Shown: positions 38,547-48,872 of the stretch, in pieces
Position numbering within the stretch: the stretch's first letter is position 1
How the letters are laid out: each line of letters starts with the position of its first letter
Assembly (NCBI GenBank): GCA_002483445.1
Contig: DLHY01000007.1
Location: 86,114-150,113, forward strand
Length of the DNA stretch: 64,000 nucleotides
Direction of reading: 5' to 3'
Origin: Blastocatellia bacterium UBA7656
GTDB taxonomy: Bacteria; Acidobacteriota; Blastocatellia; UBA7656
Notes under the pieces: generated by a model
Databases searched by the model: none
The model's input: the letters and a program-made list of their open reading frames with translations, nothing else
Told to the model about the DNA's origin: nothing
Position numbers and translations under genes: made by a program

Positions 38547-39098
38547 TCATCTTTTATGCTCTTCAAGCATATTGCAAAACAGCGCGCCCTGCTCTATCGC
38601 GTCGTCCAATGCCTGATGCGTGTGCGGAAGATCGTCGAACCAGCGACGAGGCATCTGGCGTTTCGTCGATTCGCGGTAGCCGGTTTTCATCATCGCCATC
38701 GCGAAAGTTTTTATGTCGAGCGCGGAATGCGAAAAAGGGTTTTCGCCCGTGAAGCGTATCAAATACCACGCGACGAACATGAAATCGAAAGCCGCGGGGT
38801 AGCCCACGAAGACCGGATCTCCGGGCAGGCGTTTGAGCCACGCGAGATATTTTTTCATAGCGGCCCGCGGCGGCTGAAGGTCTTCGCGGCAGGCTCGCCA
38901 AGCTTCCGGCTGAGTCTGCCACCATCGCATGGTTTTCGGATGGCCCGTGGCGTCGGGCAGCGTTTCGAGATTGGCCGTAAACGTGCTGATCAGAAGCTTG
39001 TCTGCTGTGTACGCAGCCGACGCGAAGCTCAACATCGAGTGCGGCCCCGGTATAGGGCCGTCGGTTTCAACATCCGTGCTGACATAGATTTCTGTCAT
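38547..39098 (-). CDS. DEDDh 3'-5' exonuclease (RNase AS-like)
   Basis: [25 protein letters not shown]. Confidence 0.85.
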   Translation of the reverse strand: MTEIYVSTDVETDGPIPGPHSMLSFASAAYTADKLLISTFTANLETLPDATGHPKTMRWWQTQPEAWRACREDLQPPRAAMKKYLAWLKRLPGDPVFVGYPAAFDFMFVAWYLIRFTGENPFSHSALDIKTFAMAMMKTGYRESTKRQMPRRWFDDLPHTHQALDDAIEQGALFCNMLEEHKR

Positions 39099-39112
39099 AT
39101 TCCTCGAAAAAA

Positions 39113-39188
39113 GTGGCGCAAGCTGTTAGCTTGCGTGACCTTCAATGTTCGTACTTTCAGGGCGCGCAATCTGACCGCATTGCGCCAC
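39113..39188. repeat. REP-like palindrome pair, family A
   Basis: Same arm as 11285 and the same spacer motif TTCGTACTTTCA. Confidence 0.75.
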
Positions 39189-39199
39189 AAGGCTCTTTT

Positions 39200-39874
39200 C
39201 TATTTCTCCAGCATCGGGCGAAGATGCCTGTACACATTTTCAACGACCATCTTCGTCCCCTCTCGGTTCGGATGAATGCCGTCCGGTTGATTGAGCCGTT
39301 CCATCCCTCCCACTCCTTCGAGGAAAAACGGAATCAACTCCGTGTCGTGTTCTCGCGCAAGATCGATGAATGCCTGACGGGCTTCCCTGCGATACTCAGG
39401 CCCCGCGTTCGTTGGAGCTTCCATCCCTGCAAGCAGCACTCGCGCCCCCTTCGCTTTGGCGCGAAGTACGATCTGGCCGAGATTTTTTTTCATCTCCGCG
39501 ATGGGCTGAAAGCGAAGGATATCATTTGCGCCGAGTTCGACTATCACAATGCGCACATCGCCATCCATCGCCCAGTCGATTCGTCTCACGCCTCCTGCCG
39601 ATGTGTCGCCTGAAACACCGGCATTGACCACTTCGTATCTGAATCCGTCAGCATCGAGTCGCTTTTGCAAAAGGGATGGATAGCTTTCGGGAGGACTGAG
39701 TCCGTAACCGGCTGTGAGGCTGTCGCCGAAAGCGACTATCTTAGGTAAACTCTTTGCTGGCGCTTTGGACGCCGCTGTTGAGGCGGGCGGCTCGCTCGAT
39801 TCAGTGGGCTGGCTGTTGCACGATGCAAAAGCTGCGGCTCCGATTAAAATAAAAAAGAGCAGAAATTTTTTCAT
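39200..39874 (-). CDS. tesA: Arylesterase/acyl-CoA thioesterase I (SGNH), lipoprotein
   Basis: FGDSLTAGYG, NAGVSGDTS, ELGAND, DGIHP; lipobox FASC. Confidence 0.9.
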   Translation of the reverse strand: MKKFLLFFILIGAAAFASCNSQPTESSEPPASTAASKAPAKSLPKIVAFGDSLTAGYGLSPPESYPSLLQKRLDADGFRYEVVNAGVSGDTSAGGVRRIDWAMDGDVRIVIVELGANDILRFQPIAEMKKNLGQIVLRAKAKGARVLLAGMEAPTNAGPEYRREARQAFIDLAREHDTELIPFFLEGVGGMERLNQPDGIHPNREGTKMVVENVYRHLRPMLEK

Positions 39875-40574
39875 GATAGAACTCAGCAAGGTATCGAAAA
39901 TCGTCCCTTCCGGCTCGGAGATGCTCACCATTCTTCACGCGCTCGACCTCATAATACCCGATGGGCAATTCATAGCGGTAGTCGGAGCTTCGGGCAGCGG
40001 CAAATCAACCCTGCTTGGTCTCATTGCCGGACTCGATGCGCCGACTTCAGGAGTGATCCGAATCGACGGGCAGGCGATCAACGATATGAGCGAAGATAAA
40101 CTGGCCGAGCTTCGCGGCGAAAAAATCGGCTTCGTCTTTCAGTCGTTTCATCTTATGCCTTCGCTCACCGCCTTTGAAAACGTAATCGTGCCGATGGAGA
40201 TCGCTGGAGTCAGAGACGCCCGTGAGCGCGCCCATCAATTGCTCGAAGATGTAGACCTCCTCGGTCGCGCTCATCATTATCCTTCGCAACTTTCGGGCGG
40301 CGAAAAGCAGCGCATAGCCATCGCTCGCGCTTTTGCAAACGATCCTTCCATACTGCTCGCCGACGAACCTACGGGAAATCTCGATTCCCGAAACGGCAGG
40401 CACGTTTTGGAACTGATGACCGAGATGAACAGCCGCCGCAATACTACGCTCATTCTGGTCACGCATGATGCCGAGATAGCGGCGATGGCCGACCGTCAGA
40501 TTTCGCTGCGCGACGGACGGGTGATAAATGACACGGGCGCGCAGACCCCGGAGATGGAGGCTTCCGAAGTATGA
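39873..40574 (+). CDS. ybbA: ABC transporter ATP-binding protein (YbbA-like)
   Basis: GASGSGKST, GFVFQSF, LSGGEKQR, ADEPTGNLD; divergent from tesA. Confidence 0.88.
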   Translation: MIELSKVSKIVPSGSEMLTILHALDLIIPDGQFIAVVGASGSGKSTLLGLIAGLDAPTSGVIRIDGQAINDMSEDKLAELRGEKIGFVFQSFHLMPSLTAFENVIVPMEIAGVRDARERAHQLLEDVDLLGRAHHYPSQLSGGEKQRIAIARAFANDPSILLADEPTGNLDSRNGRHVLELMTEMNSRRNTTLILVTHDAEIAAMADRQISLRDGRVINDTGAQTPEMEASEV

Positions 40575-43096
40575 AGTTCATTCTGCAAATGGCGCGACGT
40601 GATTTGAGGGCTTCGTGGAAGAGGCTCCTGTTTTTCTTCATCTGTATAGCCATCGGCGTCTGCTCGATAGTCGCTTTGCGCTCGATGACTCAAAATGTCA
40701 ATCGCGCAATCGCGGGCGAAGCTCGCTCTCTGCTCACGGCAGATGTTCAGGTGGATTCCAATCGCCCGTGGAGTGAAGAAACACTTTCGATCATCGATAA
40801 GACGGCTCGCTCTCCCAGGGCGGTGGGGAAGATCGAAACCATCGAATCCGCGACGATGCTGCGTCCGGCGGGCGAAGATAAAGAGGGCGCGTTGATGATC
40901 GAGCTTAAAGGCATCGATGAGGGATTTCCTCTCTACGGCGATTTCTTGCTTTTGAATGGCGAGAGGTTCGATTACTCGATGCTCGCAAACAGCGGGGCAG
41001 TCGTTCAGTCTGCCCTGCTCGACAGATTGAGCCTTCAGGTCGGCGATGAAGTGAAGATCGGGCTGAAGCTTTTTCAGATTCGCGCAGTGTTCAAAGAGGA
41101 GCCGGGAGGCACGGGCGGCTTTCGCCTCGGCCCGCGAGTCTTCATCGAAAGAGCGGCTCTCGAAGGTGCGGGGCTGACGGGATTCGGCAGTCGCGCAAGA
41201 AGGAAATTTTTGTTCACCGCGCCCGAAGGCGGAATGCCCGCGCTCGTCGCTCAACTGAAAGCTGATCTCAAAAGTCAACTCGTCAACGTGCGCTCGTACA
41301 AAGACGCGCAGGAAAATCTCTCGGATCAAATCAGCCGCGCTGAGGATTATCTGTCGCTTACGGGTTTGATCATTTTAGTCCTGGGAGGGCTTGGCATATC
41401 GAATGTCACGAGAGTGTTTATCGATCAGAAGAAAAAATCCATCGCCGTTCTGAAATGCCTCGGCGGGACGGGGCGAAAGATCACCTTCGTTTATCTCGCT
41501 CAGATTCTCACACTCGGACTTGCGGGAAGCGCCCTGGGGATAGCGATGGCGAAAGGCGTTTTGAAACTCGTGTCGCATTACTTCGCCGACCGCCTGCCGC
41601 AGAATCTTGATTACGGTCTCGACCTGTGGGCGGTGCTTCAGGGGCTTGGCGTGGGAATGCTGATTTGCATACTCTTTTCGGCTCTGCCGCTGCTTCGCAT
41701 TCGACGCATAAAACCGAACGTGCTTCTGCGCGACGAAGACGAAGGGCCGCGAAAGAGATTCGATCTTCTGCGCTGGACTACCGGCGCGATAGTGCTTGCG
41801 GGACTTGTTTTCGTCGTGTCGTGGCAGGCGGGATCGTTCAGAGTGGGAGGACTTTTTCTCGCGGGGCTTGCGGTGACGGCAGGCGCGTTGCAGCTTGCCG
41901 CGATGCTTTTGATATGGCTCGTGCGGAGGATGAAAAACATTTCTTCATTTCCTCTGCGTCAGGCCATCAACAGTATGCATCGACCGGGCAATCAGACTCG
42001 CATCATCGTAACGGTCGTCGGGCTTGGAGTGTTTCTGATCGTCGCCACGCGCTCGATTCAAACGAACCTTCTGTATGAATTCGATTTCGGTCGCCAGAGC
42101 CAGTTTCCGAATCTGTTTCTGATCGATGTTCAAAAAGACCAGCGGCAGGGCGTCGAAGAACTGGTTGCGCGCGAGACGGGCCAGCGCATCAATCTGATTC
42201 CGACCGTTCGTATGCGAATGGTCGAGATCAACGGGCGCGAGATCGATTTCGAGCAATCCGAGATGAGACGCGAGCGCGGGCGGCTGGGGCGCGAGTACGT
42301 CGTGACATATCGCCCGAACCTTGAAGAAAACGAAGATATCGTCGCGGGCGAGTTCTGGAATAATGAGCCTTCCGAGGAGCCTGAAGTTTCGGTCGAAGAG
42401 AGTATGCGAGGGCTTGGAGGACTGGACATCGACAGCACGATCACGTTCGATGTTCAGGGCCGCCGCATCACTGCGCGAGTCACAAGTATGCGTCACGTCG
42501 AATGGAGAAGCTCGCGCACAGGGTTTATGGTGTTATTCCGTCCGGGGTCTCTGGATAATGCCCCGACGATGATGGTCGGCGCGATTGACGGCCCGACCGA
42601 AGAAGGGGAGAGGGCGCGATTTCAGAGCGCATTGCTCGATGTGTTCCCGAACATTTCGGTCATCGACGTGACTGATATTATCAAGAACGTCAAGCGAATA
42701 GTCGGCAACGTGACGCTTGCGGTTTCCTTCGTCGGCTTATTCGTTTTCCTCAGCGGCGCGTTGATACTGGTAGGCTCGATTGCGATGACCAAATTCCAGC
42801 GCATCTACGAAGCTGCTGTGCTGAAGACTCTGGGGGCGAAGAAAAAAGTTCTGCTGATGATTCTGATCGCTGAGTATGGTTTGCTCGGGTTTGTCGCAGG
42901 GGTGATCGGATCGGCAGCCGCGATGGGATTGTCTTACGGAGCTTCGCGGTATGTGTTCGACATCGAGTGGAATTCAACGCCGGAAATAAACCTCGCAGGG
43001 GTAGCGGCGACGATAGCTTTAGTGATCGTTGTCGGTTCGATTTCGACTTTCGATGTGCTTACGAAAAAGCCGCTCGGCATACTGCGGGCGCAGTAG
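40571..43096 (+). CDS. ybbP: ABC transporter permease, FtsX/MacB type (YbbP-like)
   Basis: Duplicated MacB-like halves, AVLKCLG/AVLKTLG; tesA-ybbA-ybbP synteny. Confidence 0.88.
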   Translation: MKFILQMARRDLRASWKRLLFFFICIAIGVCSIVALRSMTQNVNRAIAGEARSLLTADVQVDSNRPWSEETLSIIDKTARSPRAVGKIETIESATMLRPAGEDKEGALMIELKGIDEGFPLYGDFLLLNGERFDYSMLANSGAVVQSALLDRLSLQVGDEVKIGLKLFQIRAVFKEEPGGTGGFRLGPRVFIERAALEGAGLTGFGSRARRKFLFTAPEGGMPALVAQLKADLKSQLVNVRSYKDAQENLSDQISRAEDYLSLTGLIILVLGGLGISNVTRVFIDQKKKSIAVLKCLGGTGRKITFVYLAQILTLGLAGSALGIAMAKGVLKLVSHYFADRLPQNLDYGLDLWAVLQGLGVGMLICILFSALPLLRIRRIKPNVLLRDEDEGPRKRFDLLRWTTGAIVLAGLVFVVSWQAGSFRVGGLFLAGLAVTAGALQLAAMLLIWLVRRMKNISSFPLRQAINSMHRPGNQTRIIVTVVGLGVFLIVATRSIQTNLLYEFDFGRQSQFPNLFLIDVQKDQRQGVEELVARETGQRINLIPTVRMRMVEINGREIDFEQSEMRRERGRLGREYVVTYRPNLEENEDIVAGEFWNNEPSEEPEVSVEESMRGLGGLDIDSTITFDVQGRRITARVTSMRHVEWRSSRTGFMVLFRPGSLDNAPTMMVGAIDGPTEEGERARFQSALLDVFPNISVIDVTDIIKNVKRIVGNVTLAVSFVGLFVFLSGALILVGSIAMTKFQRIYEAAVLKTLGAKKKVLLMILIAEYGLLGFVAGVIGSAAAMGLSYGASRYVFDIEWNSTPEINLAGVAATIALVIVVGSISTFDVLTKKPLGILRAQ

Positions 43097-43146
43097 TTTT
43101 TTCAGTAAAGTTCAGGCTTTGGGCTGAATCAGAAGAACAGCCGCGA

Positions 43147-43638
43147 TTATTTTTCTTTTGCAGGCGAGGCGATTTTCAGAAACTCCTGCGGCTCAATCAC
43201 CTTGAGCCGTCTGAGCTTTTGTCGAAACTCTTTGCATTCGTTCGTGTGTCCCTTCATGAGATCAAGCAGGTCTTTATCGCGGCTTACGATGTAGTCGGCA
43301 TTTGCGACTATCGCGAGATTGATATAAGGCTCGTCTTTCGGATCGCGTGCATAGGCAAACTTTTTTGGGGCATTTTCAATAACTGAGGCTTTCTTCCTGA
43401 GATTTTCGATAAGTTTGTCAGATCGCTCTCTGGTGAGAAGAGGGTAGCGGGCTTGGAGCTTGGGGCGGGTTAAAACGTCAGAGATTTCGGCAAGGATTTC
43501 ATCGCTTACAAAAAGCTTGACATCTCCTTTTTCAAATAGCTCAAGGCAGGCGACCGCAGGATTAGCTTCCCGGATCAAGCTTTGCAGAAAAATCATACAG
43601 TCGAAGACGACCGACGGAATATTTTTCTTCTCACTCAC
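43147..43638 (-). CDS. PIN-family putative toxin
   Basis: VVFDCMIF, RDPKDEPY, ADYIVSRDKDLL; GTG start overlapping the upstream gene. Confidence 0.85.
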   Translation of the reverse strand: MSEKKNIPSVVFDCMIFLQSLIREANPAVACLELFEKGDVKLFVSDEILAEISDVLTRPKLQARYPLLTRERSDKLIENLRKKASVIENAPKKFAYARDPKDEPYINLAIVANADYIVSRDKDLLDLMKGHTNECKEFRQKLRRLKVIEPQEFLKIASPAKEK

Positions 43639-43906
43639 TCTTCCTCTGTCGTTCCTGATAAGCTTCTTCGCGGGCTTCCTCAAGAAGCGCGTCTAATTCT
43701 TCTTCAGAGATTCCGCTTTCTTTGATTTGCTCTCTTACTGGCGCAAACAAGACCCGCAGGCTGATGGATGAAGCAAGGTCTTCTTCGATGAGATAGCGGA
43801 CATACTCAGGCGCGGTTGTGCCAACCTCTTCGGCTCTTTCGCGGAGGGCTTGTACGACTGACTCCGGCAGGTTGCTGATCTCAAGTGTAGTTGATTCCAT
43901 TTTCAT
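43631..43906 (-). CDS. Putative ribbon-helix-helix antitoxin
   Basis: TLEISNLPESVVQALRERAEE.G...EYVRYLIE; directly upstream of the PIN gene. Confidence 0.75.
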   Translation of the reverse strand: MKMESTTLEISNLPESVVQALRERAEEVGTTAPEYVRYLIEEDLASSISLRVLFAPVREQIKESGISEEELDALLEEAREEAYQERQRKSE

Positions 43907-44034
43907 TACCCCCTTCGCCGCTAGCCCACTTTACCACAACTGCTCTCGAATTCTCCTGAATAAAGAATTACGGTCGCAATTCTCGTTGGAGAGAAACATT
44001 TCCAATTCTACTTCTCCGCAAAGCGTAAAAGAGC

Positions 44035-45924
44035 CTAGCGTAACGTCTTCACAAGGCGGAAGCCGACAGTGTGGAATGGTTGATCAGGCTTGCTACGGTT
44101 GCGGAACGCCGACCGCAAGTCCCGCGCGAAGATCGACCAAGCGCCGCCACGTAATACCCGGAGATTTGTATCACCGCCTTCCCAAACGCTTCCATCGTTC
44201 GGCGCACCTTCATAGTTTCCATGCCAGTTGTCCATGCACCACTCCCACACATTTCCATGCATATCGTGCAGCCCGAATCCGTTTGGTTTCTTTTGACCGA
44301 CGGAATGAGTCTTGCTATCAGGGTCGTCGAAGTACCATGCCATATCATCCAGCCTTCCCGCATACGGTACTGTCGTCGTCGCACGGCACGCATACTCCCA
44401 TTCCGCTTCCGTCGGCAATCGATACGTCTTCCCCGTCGCTTTTGACAACCGTTCGCAAAATTCTATCGCTTCTACCCAACTCACCCTCTCAACAGGCAGG
44501 TCGTCGCCCTCGAAATGCGACGGGTCGGGATTCAAGTCAATCTTCACCTTCGTCAATTTCGTCGCAACAGCCCGCCACTGCGCCTGCGTCACTTCGTACC
44601 TGCCCATGTAAAACGACGACACCATCACCTCATGTCTCGGCCCTTCGTTGGGGTGCCGGTGTTTTTCAGTATCAAGCGATCCCATCCAGAATTTCCCGGC
44701 AGGCACGCGAACTATCTCTATCGAAACGCCGTCGATGGTCTCAGTGTAGGTTTGCAGTTCCACATGCTCCTGTTTGCTTTCACTTGATGGAGCAGGTTGC
44801 GTGTTCGTCGGATTGGTCGAAGTCGACTTTGCCACTTCCAGTTGGCGCACCCGGTTTCGAGCAAGCCCCGCGAATCTGCCGTTCGGATACTCTTTCAAAT
44901 ACTCGCGGAAATCCTCCGCGTCCGAACTGTTCTTGATGCTCTCCCAGAATGACAATTCAACCGCAGCAGCATCCACACCTGTCGGATTGCTCGCCGGAGC
45001 AGTCACTCGCACCGTTACTGAAATGACAAGCTCATCAGCCCTGTATCCTTCGATGTAAGCCCACGGGCGTTGCTTTTTCTCCTGCCCAATATCCATCTGC
45101 ACCCGGCGCGGCACTTTCTCCTGAAGATATCGCACAAGCCCCGCAAGCGTCACCTCTCCCCGCTCGTTCGCCGCTTCGCCCTTCAATCCCTCGACCAGAA
45201 ACCATGTGAAGTATCCCTGATTCTTTTCCGTGTACTCATAAGCCCGCTCGCCTACTTCCGTTGCATAAATCGTCGCAAACGCTTCGACCTCACGGTTCCG
45301 CGTATCGAAGTCGAAGCGATAGGCTCTCGACATAGGGTTGACTCCGTCCGCTCGTCCGCCCGGATCGTTGCGGCAGGCATCGAGTATGACGAGTACCTGT
45401 TTCGCGCCCGTCTGTCGAATCAAATCCTTCATCTGTGAAACTGAGATCGAGGTATTTTCGAGAAGCGAGAGGCTGCCGACTCGTACATCCCAGGGCAGGA
45501 GAAAGGCTCGCTCTCCACGTTGCATTCCGTGACCGGCGAATGATACGAGCAGCAACCCGTCTCGCGGCACAAGCCCGTTGAGGTTGATCAAACGCTGAAG
45601 TATGTTTGCCCGCGATGGCTCTCGTTCTTCAGGCTCTCCCGTAGCGAGAAGCGTGACCTGATCAGCAGGAAAGCCCGCATACTTTACGAGAGCTTCGGCC
45701 AGAGTTCGTGCGTCTTTCGCAGCGCCGTAGAGAGGATTGATTTGCTTGTCTCGGTATTCATCGACTCCGATGACGAGCGCATAGCGTTTCGATTTATCGG
45801 GCAGTTTGTGGACGACTTTGACTTCTCTCCCCTGATCACGCGAATGCACTTTTGACAGATATGGAAACGAAATCAGAAAGAGACTGAACAGGATTGCAAA
45901 AACTCGCGGCGGTCCGGTTTTCAT
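44035..45924 (-). CDS. Exported caspase-like (C14) peptidase + FGE-sulfatase domain protein
   Basis: ALVIGV..Y, SFAGHG (His), LDACR (Cys); RLPTEAEWEYACRA, DMHGNVWEW, RGGAW..GFRL. Start reassigned to MKTGPP. Confidence 0.9.
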   Translation of the reverse strand: MKTGPPRVFAILFSLFLISFPYLSKVHSRDQGREVKVVHKLPDKSKRYALVIGVDEYRDKQINPLYGAAKDARTLAEALVKYAGFPADQVTLLATGEPEEREPSRANILQRLINLNGLVPRDGLLLVSFAGHGMQRGERAFLLPWDVRVGSLSLLENTSISVSQMKDLIRQTGAKQVLVILDACRNDPGGRADGVNPMSRAYRFDFDTRNREVEAFATIYATEVGERAYEYTEKNQGYFTWFLVEGLKGEAANERGEVTLAGLVRYLQEKVPRRVQMDIGQEKKQRPWAYIEGYRADELVISVTVRVTAPASNPTGVDAAAVELSFWESIKNSSDAEDFREYLKEYPNGRFAGLARNRVRQLEVAKSTSTNPTNTQPAPSSESKQEHVELQTYTETIDGVSIEIVRVPAGKFWMGSLDTEKHRHPNEGPRHEVMVSSFYMGRYEVTQAQWRAVATKLTKVKIDLNPDPSHFEGDDLPVERVSWVEAIEFCERLSKATGKTYRLPTEAEWEYACRATTTVPYAGRLDDMAWYFDDPDSKTHSVGQKKPNGFGLHDMHGNVWEWCMDNWHGNYEGAPNDGSVWEGGDTNLRVLRGGAWSIFARDLRSAFRNRSKPDQPFHTVGFRLVKTLR

Positions 45925-45961
45925 AGAATCCTTCTCCTGTTCGCAATCACGATTCGGATTA

Positions 45962-46624
45962 TCATTCGGGCCTGTGCGACTCTGCCCATCGTTGCATAGA
46001 GTCGATTGCCTCATCCTGTCCCTCGGTTTTGGCCTGCTCGACGAAACCAGACATCGCGTCATCGGAGAGAAAAGGAAATGCTCGGCTCGAAGCGGCTTCC
46101 GTGTACTGCTCACCCTCAAGCCTGTAGAAGTGCATCCGTTTTCCGTCATAGCGCCATATCTCAGGCACTCCGAGGGCGACATAGATTGAAAACTTCTCTA
46201 TTGACCCGTGGGTGAGATCGATTTCAACGACGAGGTCGGGCGGCAGGTCGATGGAGAGATCGAGTTTCCTTTTGCCGATCATTCGATCAGCATTCTGCAC
46301 CCAGTAACATCCATCAGGTTCCGCGCCTTTGGCTTTCGCCTCGCGCCTGAGCGTAGCCGACCCACGAGTTTCCATGCGCCATCTCAGCCCGCGAGCAAGA
46401 GACCGCAGCAAATCATGAATGATATCTTTGTATGCTTCGCGTTCAGGCAGCGGACTCATAACTTCAAGCCTCCCGTCGTTGAAACTGACCCGGACGTGAT
46501 AGCCCTCGCCGAGATCCGAGAGCAGTTGCTCGTACTCATCCCAGCCGACATCGAACAGACGAAGATGACCGCCCGCAGGCAATCGTTCGATGACTTCGAT
46601 AAAGCTTTGCATCTCTGCGCTCAT
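45962..46624 (-). CDS. Uma2 family endonuclease-like protein
   Basis: VGWDEYEQL, GRLEVMSP, EPDGCYW, PDLVVEID, LGVPEIWRYD. Confidence 0.9.
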   Translation of the reverse strand: MSAEMQSFIEVIERLPAGGHLRLFDVGWDEYEQLLSDLGEGYHVRVSFNDGRLEVMSPLPEREAYKDIIHDLLRSLARGLRWRMETRGSATLRREAKAKGAEPDGCYWVQNADRMIGKRKLDLSIDLPPDLVVEIDLTHGSIEKFSIYVALGVPEIWRYDGKRMHFYRLEGEQYTEAASSRAFPFLSDDAMSGFVEQAKTEGQDEAIDSMQRWAESHRPE

Positions 46625-46734
46625 TGATAATTTTCTCCGATCTCACAAGTTGTTCGCAGCTAATAGCCGTTTGACCTTTGGCATTATATCATCTGCTGCT
46701 TCTCTTCTGTCTCTGCATAATTTCTTTGAACTGC

Positions 46735-47652
46735 CTAGCGTAACGCTCTCACAAGGCGGAAGCCGAGGTCGGGCGAGCGATAGCTGGGCCTGTCGCCGGA
46801 GCGGAGCGCCGACCGGCAGTTCCGCGCAGAGTCGCCCCAACCGCCGCCGCGAAACACCCTCTCCGAGCCAGCAGATGGCCCCGTCGGATCAACGATCAGA
46901 ATAGGGGTATAGTAATCCTTCGAAAACCAGTCCATGCACCACTCCCACACATTTCCATGCATATCGTACAGCCCGAACCCGTTTGGTTTCTTTTGACCGA
47001 CAGCGTGTGTCTGGCATCCGTTTTCCAGAATTCGTTTGACATAATTGCTCCGATCCGTCTTCCAAATCTTATCCGCATCAAGACGCAATCTGCCCGAATT
47101 ATTTCCATACCAACTCATCCCATCCAGGCTCCCCGCGTGCGGCCCTCCCGTCCCCGCTCTGCACGCATACTCCCACTCCGCTTCCGTAGGCAGGCGATAT
47201 GTCTTTCCCGTCGTCCCGGAAAGCCTTTCACAAAACTCGACAGCTTCTTCCCAACTTACCCGCTCAACCGGCAGGCTGTCGCCTTTGAAACCCGATGGGT
47301 CAGCGTTGAGGTCGATCTTCACCTTAGGCAACGCGGCGACCGCTCGCCATTCGGACTGCGTCACTTCGTACTTCGCCATGTAAAACGACGACACTGATAC
47401 CTGATGCTGCGGCCCTTCATCGCTGTCGCGGTCTGCTTCACCAGCAGGCGATCCCATCAGGAATTTCCCGGCAGGCACAAGAACCATCTCTATCGCCGCG
47501 CCGCCTGCCGTCTCGCTGTAAGTTCGCGGTTCATCAGGCTCTTTCTTCTGATTGCCGGATTGCGCTTCGAAGACGGGCGGAAACGAAATCGAAAGAATCA
47601 AAAACAGTGTGACCCATGTGGCAAAAGCGATACGCAGGGTCTTCGTTTTCAT
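46735..47652 (-). CDS. Exported FGE-sulfatase (SUMF1/C-type lectin fold) domain protein
   Basis: Signal-like N-terminus; paralogous to the C-terminal domain of 44035-45924. Confidence 0.9.
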   Translation of the reverse strand: MKTKTLRIAFATWVTLFLILSISFPPVFEAQSGNQKKEPDEPRTYSETAGGAAIEMVLVPAGKFLMGSPAGEADRDSDEGPQHQVSVSSFYMAKYEVTQSEWRAVAALPKVKIDLNADPSGFKGDSLPVERVSWEEAVEFCERLSGTTGKTYRLPTEAEWEYACRAGTGGPHAGSLDGMSWYGNNSGRLRLDADKIWKTDRSNYVKRILENGCQTHAVGQKKPNGFGLYDMHGNVWEWCMDWFSKDYYTPILIVDPTGPSAGSERVFRGGGWGDSARNCRSALRSGDRPSYRSPDLGFRLVRALR

Positions 47653-47924
47653 AGAATCCTTCTCCTGTTCATAATCACGATTCGGCTTTGCGGCTATTGA
47701 ATCAGAAGCGGAGGATTTCATCAACGCATCGAGGCGATTGAACTTTAAGCTCAACCTGCCTCATTTCAATCACGATCTTCAATGAAGCGAATAACCAGCC
47801 GCCTCCATTTTTCAGGGCAACACTTCAAACATATCCGCTCATCCCACCCCTGCGCTCGCATCCGGGCAGCAGTCCGAATCCCGTTCAACTTTAACTGAAT
47901 CACCCGGCGAGAAGGGGGACAGAC

Positions 47925-48698
47925 ATGAAAAAAAGATTGCTCACTTTATTCACCATAGCGTTGCTCATCTTTGCCATCGGGGCGGTGGCCGAATCCATGG
48001 CTCTAGCCGCGCAGAAGAAATCCTGCAACTGCAAACCGACGCTTCGCCGGAGAACGGCGAAAAAACCCGTCCGCAAAGTCCGCCCAAAAACTACGGCACC
48101 CAAAACCACGGCAGCCGTTGTCGGGCCGGTAGTGGCCACATACACGCTTCCTGAAAATCAGGTCTTCACGCTCAGGATGAACGACTCGCTCACGTCGAAG
48201 ACCGCCCGCATCGGCGACCGCTTTCGAACGACTGTGATGATTCCAGTCTATGCAAGCGGCGTCGAGGTCGTTCCCGCCGGATCAGTTGTCGAAGGGCGGG
48301 TGACGGCTGTCAGTCCCGCGCGCTCGCGGGGTCGCGCAGGCTCGATAGCCGTGGCTTTCGACAATCTCATTCTGCCTGATGGAACTAAACGTAAAATCGA
48401 AGGCAGCCTGACCGACGTTCAAGGCGACGCGGGCGAAGTCGATTCCGAAAGCTCGGTGAGCGGACGTTCGAGCGAGACTCGACAGGTCGTCTTCGTCGGA
48501 GGCGGAGGCGTAGTGGGCGCAGTCCTGGGCGGCGTTATCGGAGGCGGAAAAGGCGCGGGGATTGGCGCAGCCGTTGGCGCGGGCGCGGGCGTTGCCGGGG
48601 CATTGCTCTCGAAAGGCAAAGAGGCCGAGGTGCGGCGAGGAACCGAAATCTCTATGATGACGACCCGACCCGTCACCTTTACGGTCGAAAAGCCGTGA
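47925..48698 (+). CDS. Exported beta-rich protein with glycine-zipper segment
   Basis: Signal peptide, basic linker, LTSKTARIGDRF..VPAGSVVEGRV, GAVLGGVIGGGKGAGIGAAVGAGAG. Confidence 0.8.
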   Translation: MKKRLLTLFTIALLIFAIGAVAESMALAAQKKSCNCKPTLRRRTAKKPVRKVRPKTTAPKTTAAVVGPVVATYTLPENQVFTLRMNDSLTSKTARIGDRFRTTVMIPVYASGVEVVPAGSVVEGRVTAVSPARSRGRAGSIAVAFDNLILPDGTKRKIEGSLTDVQGDAGEVDSESSVSGRSSETRQVVFVGGGGVVGAVLGGVIGGGKGAGIGAAVGAGAGVAGALLSKGKEAEVRRGTEISMMTTRPVTFTVEKP

Positions 48699-48872
48699 TG
48701 GGAAGCAAAGTCAGGGTCGCGAAAAAAAACTAAAAACCATCAGGCAACGCGAACAGGGGTGGTTGGTTATCTAAGGGACAGGCAACGACCCTAAAATAAA
48801 TAACGCTGGTAGAATCATCCTTTCGAGGCAGTCCGACACCAGGGTCGTTGCCCTTATCTTTTTCGAATCTAC

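Noticed and set aside
39872..39875. Head-to-head overlap of tesA and ybbA start codons (CATG)
   Set aside because: Real, but divergent overlapping tesA/ybbA is a known conserved arrangement.
43818..44936. Long alternative-frame ORFs (this 372-aa one, also 15032-16168, 2963-3946, 4687-5592)
   Set aside because: They overlap well-supported genes and have the Arg/Ser/Pro-rich composition typical of shadow ORFs in GC-rich DNA.
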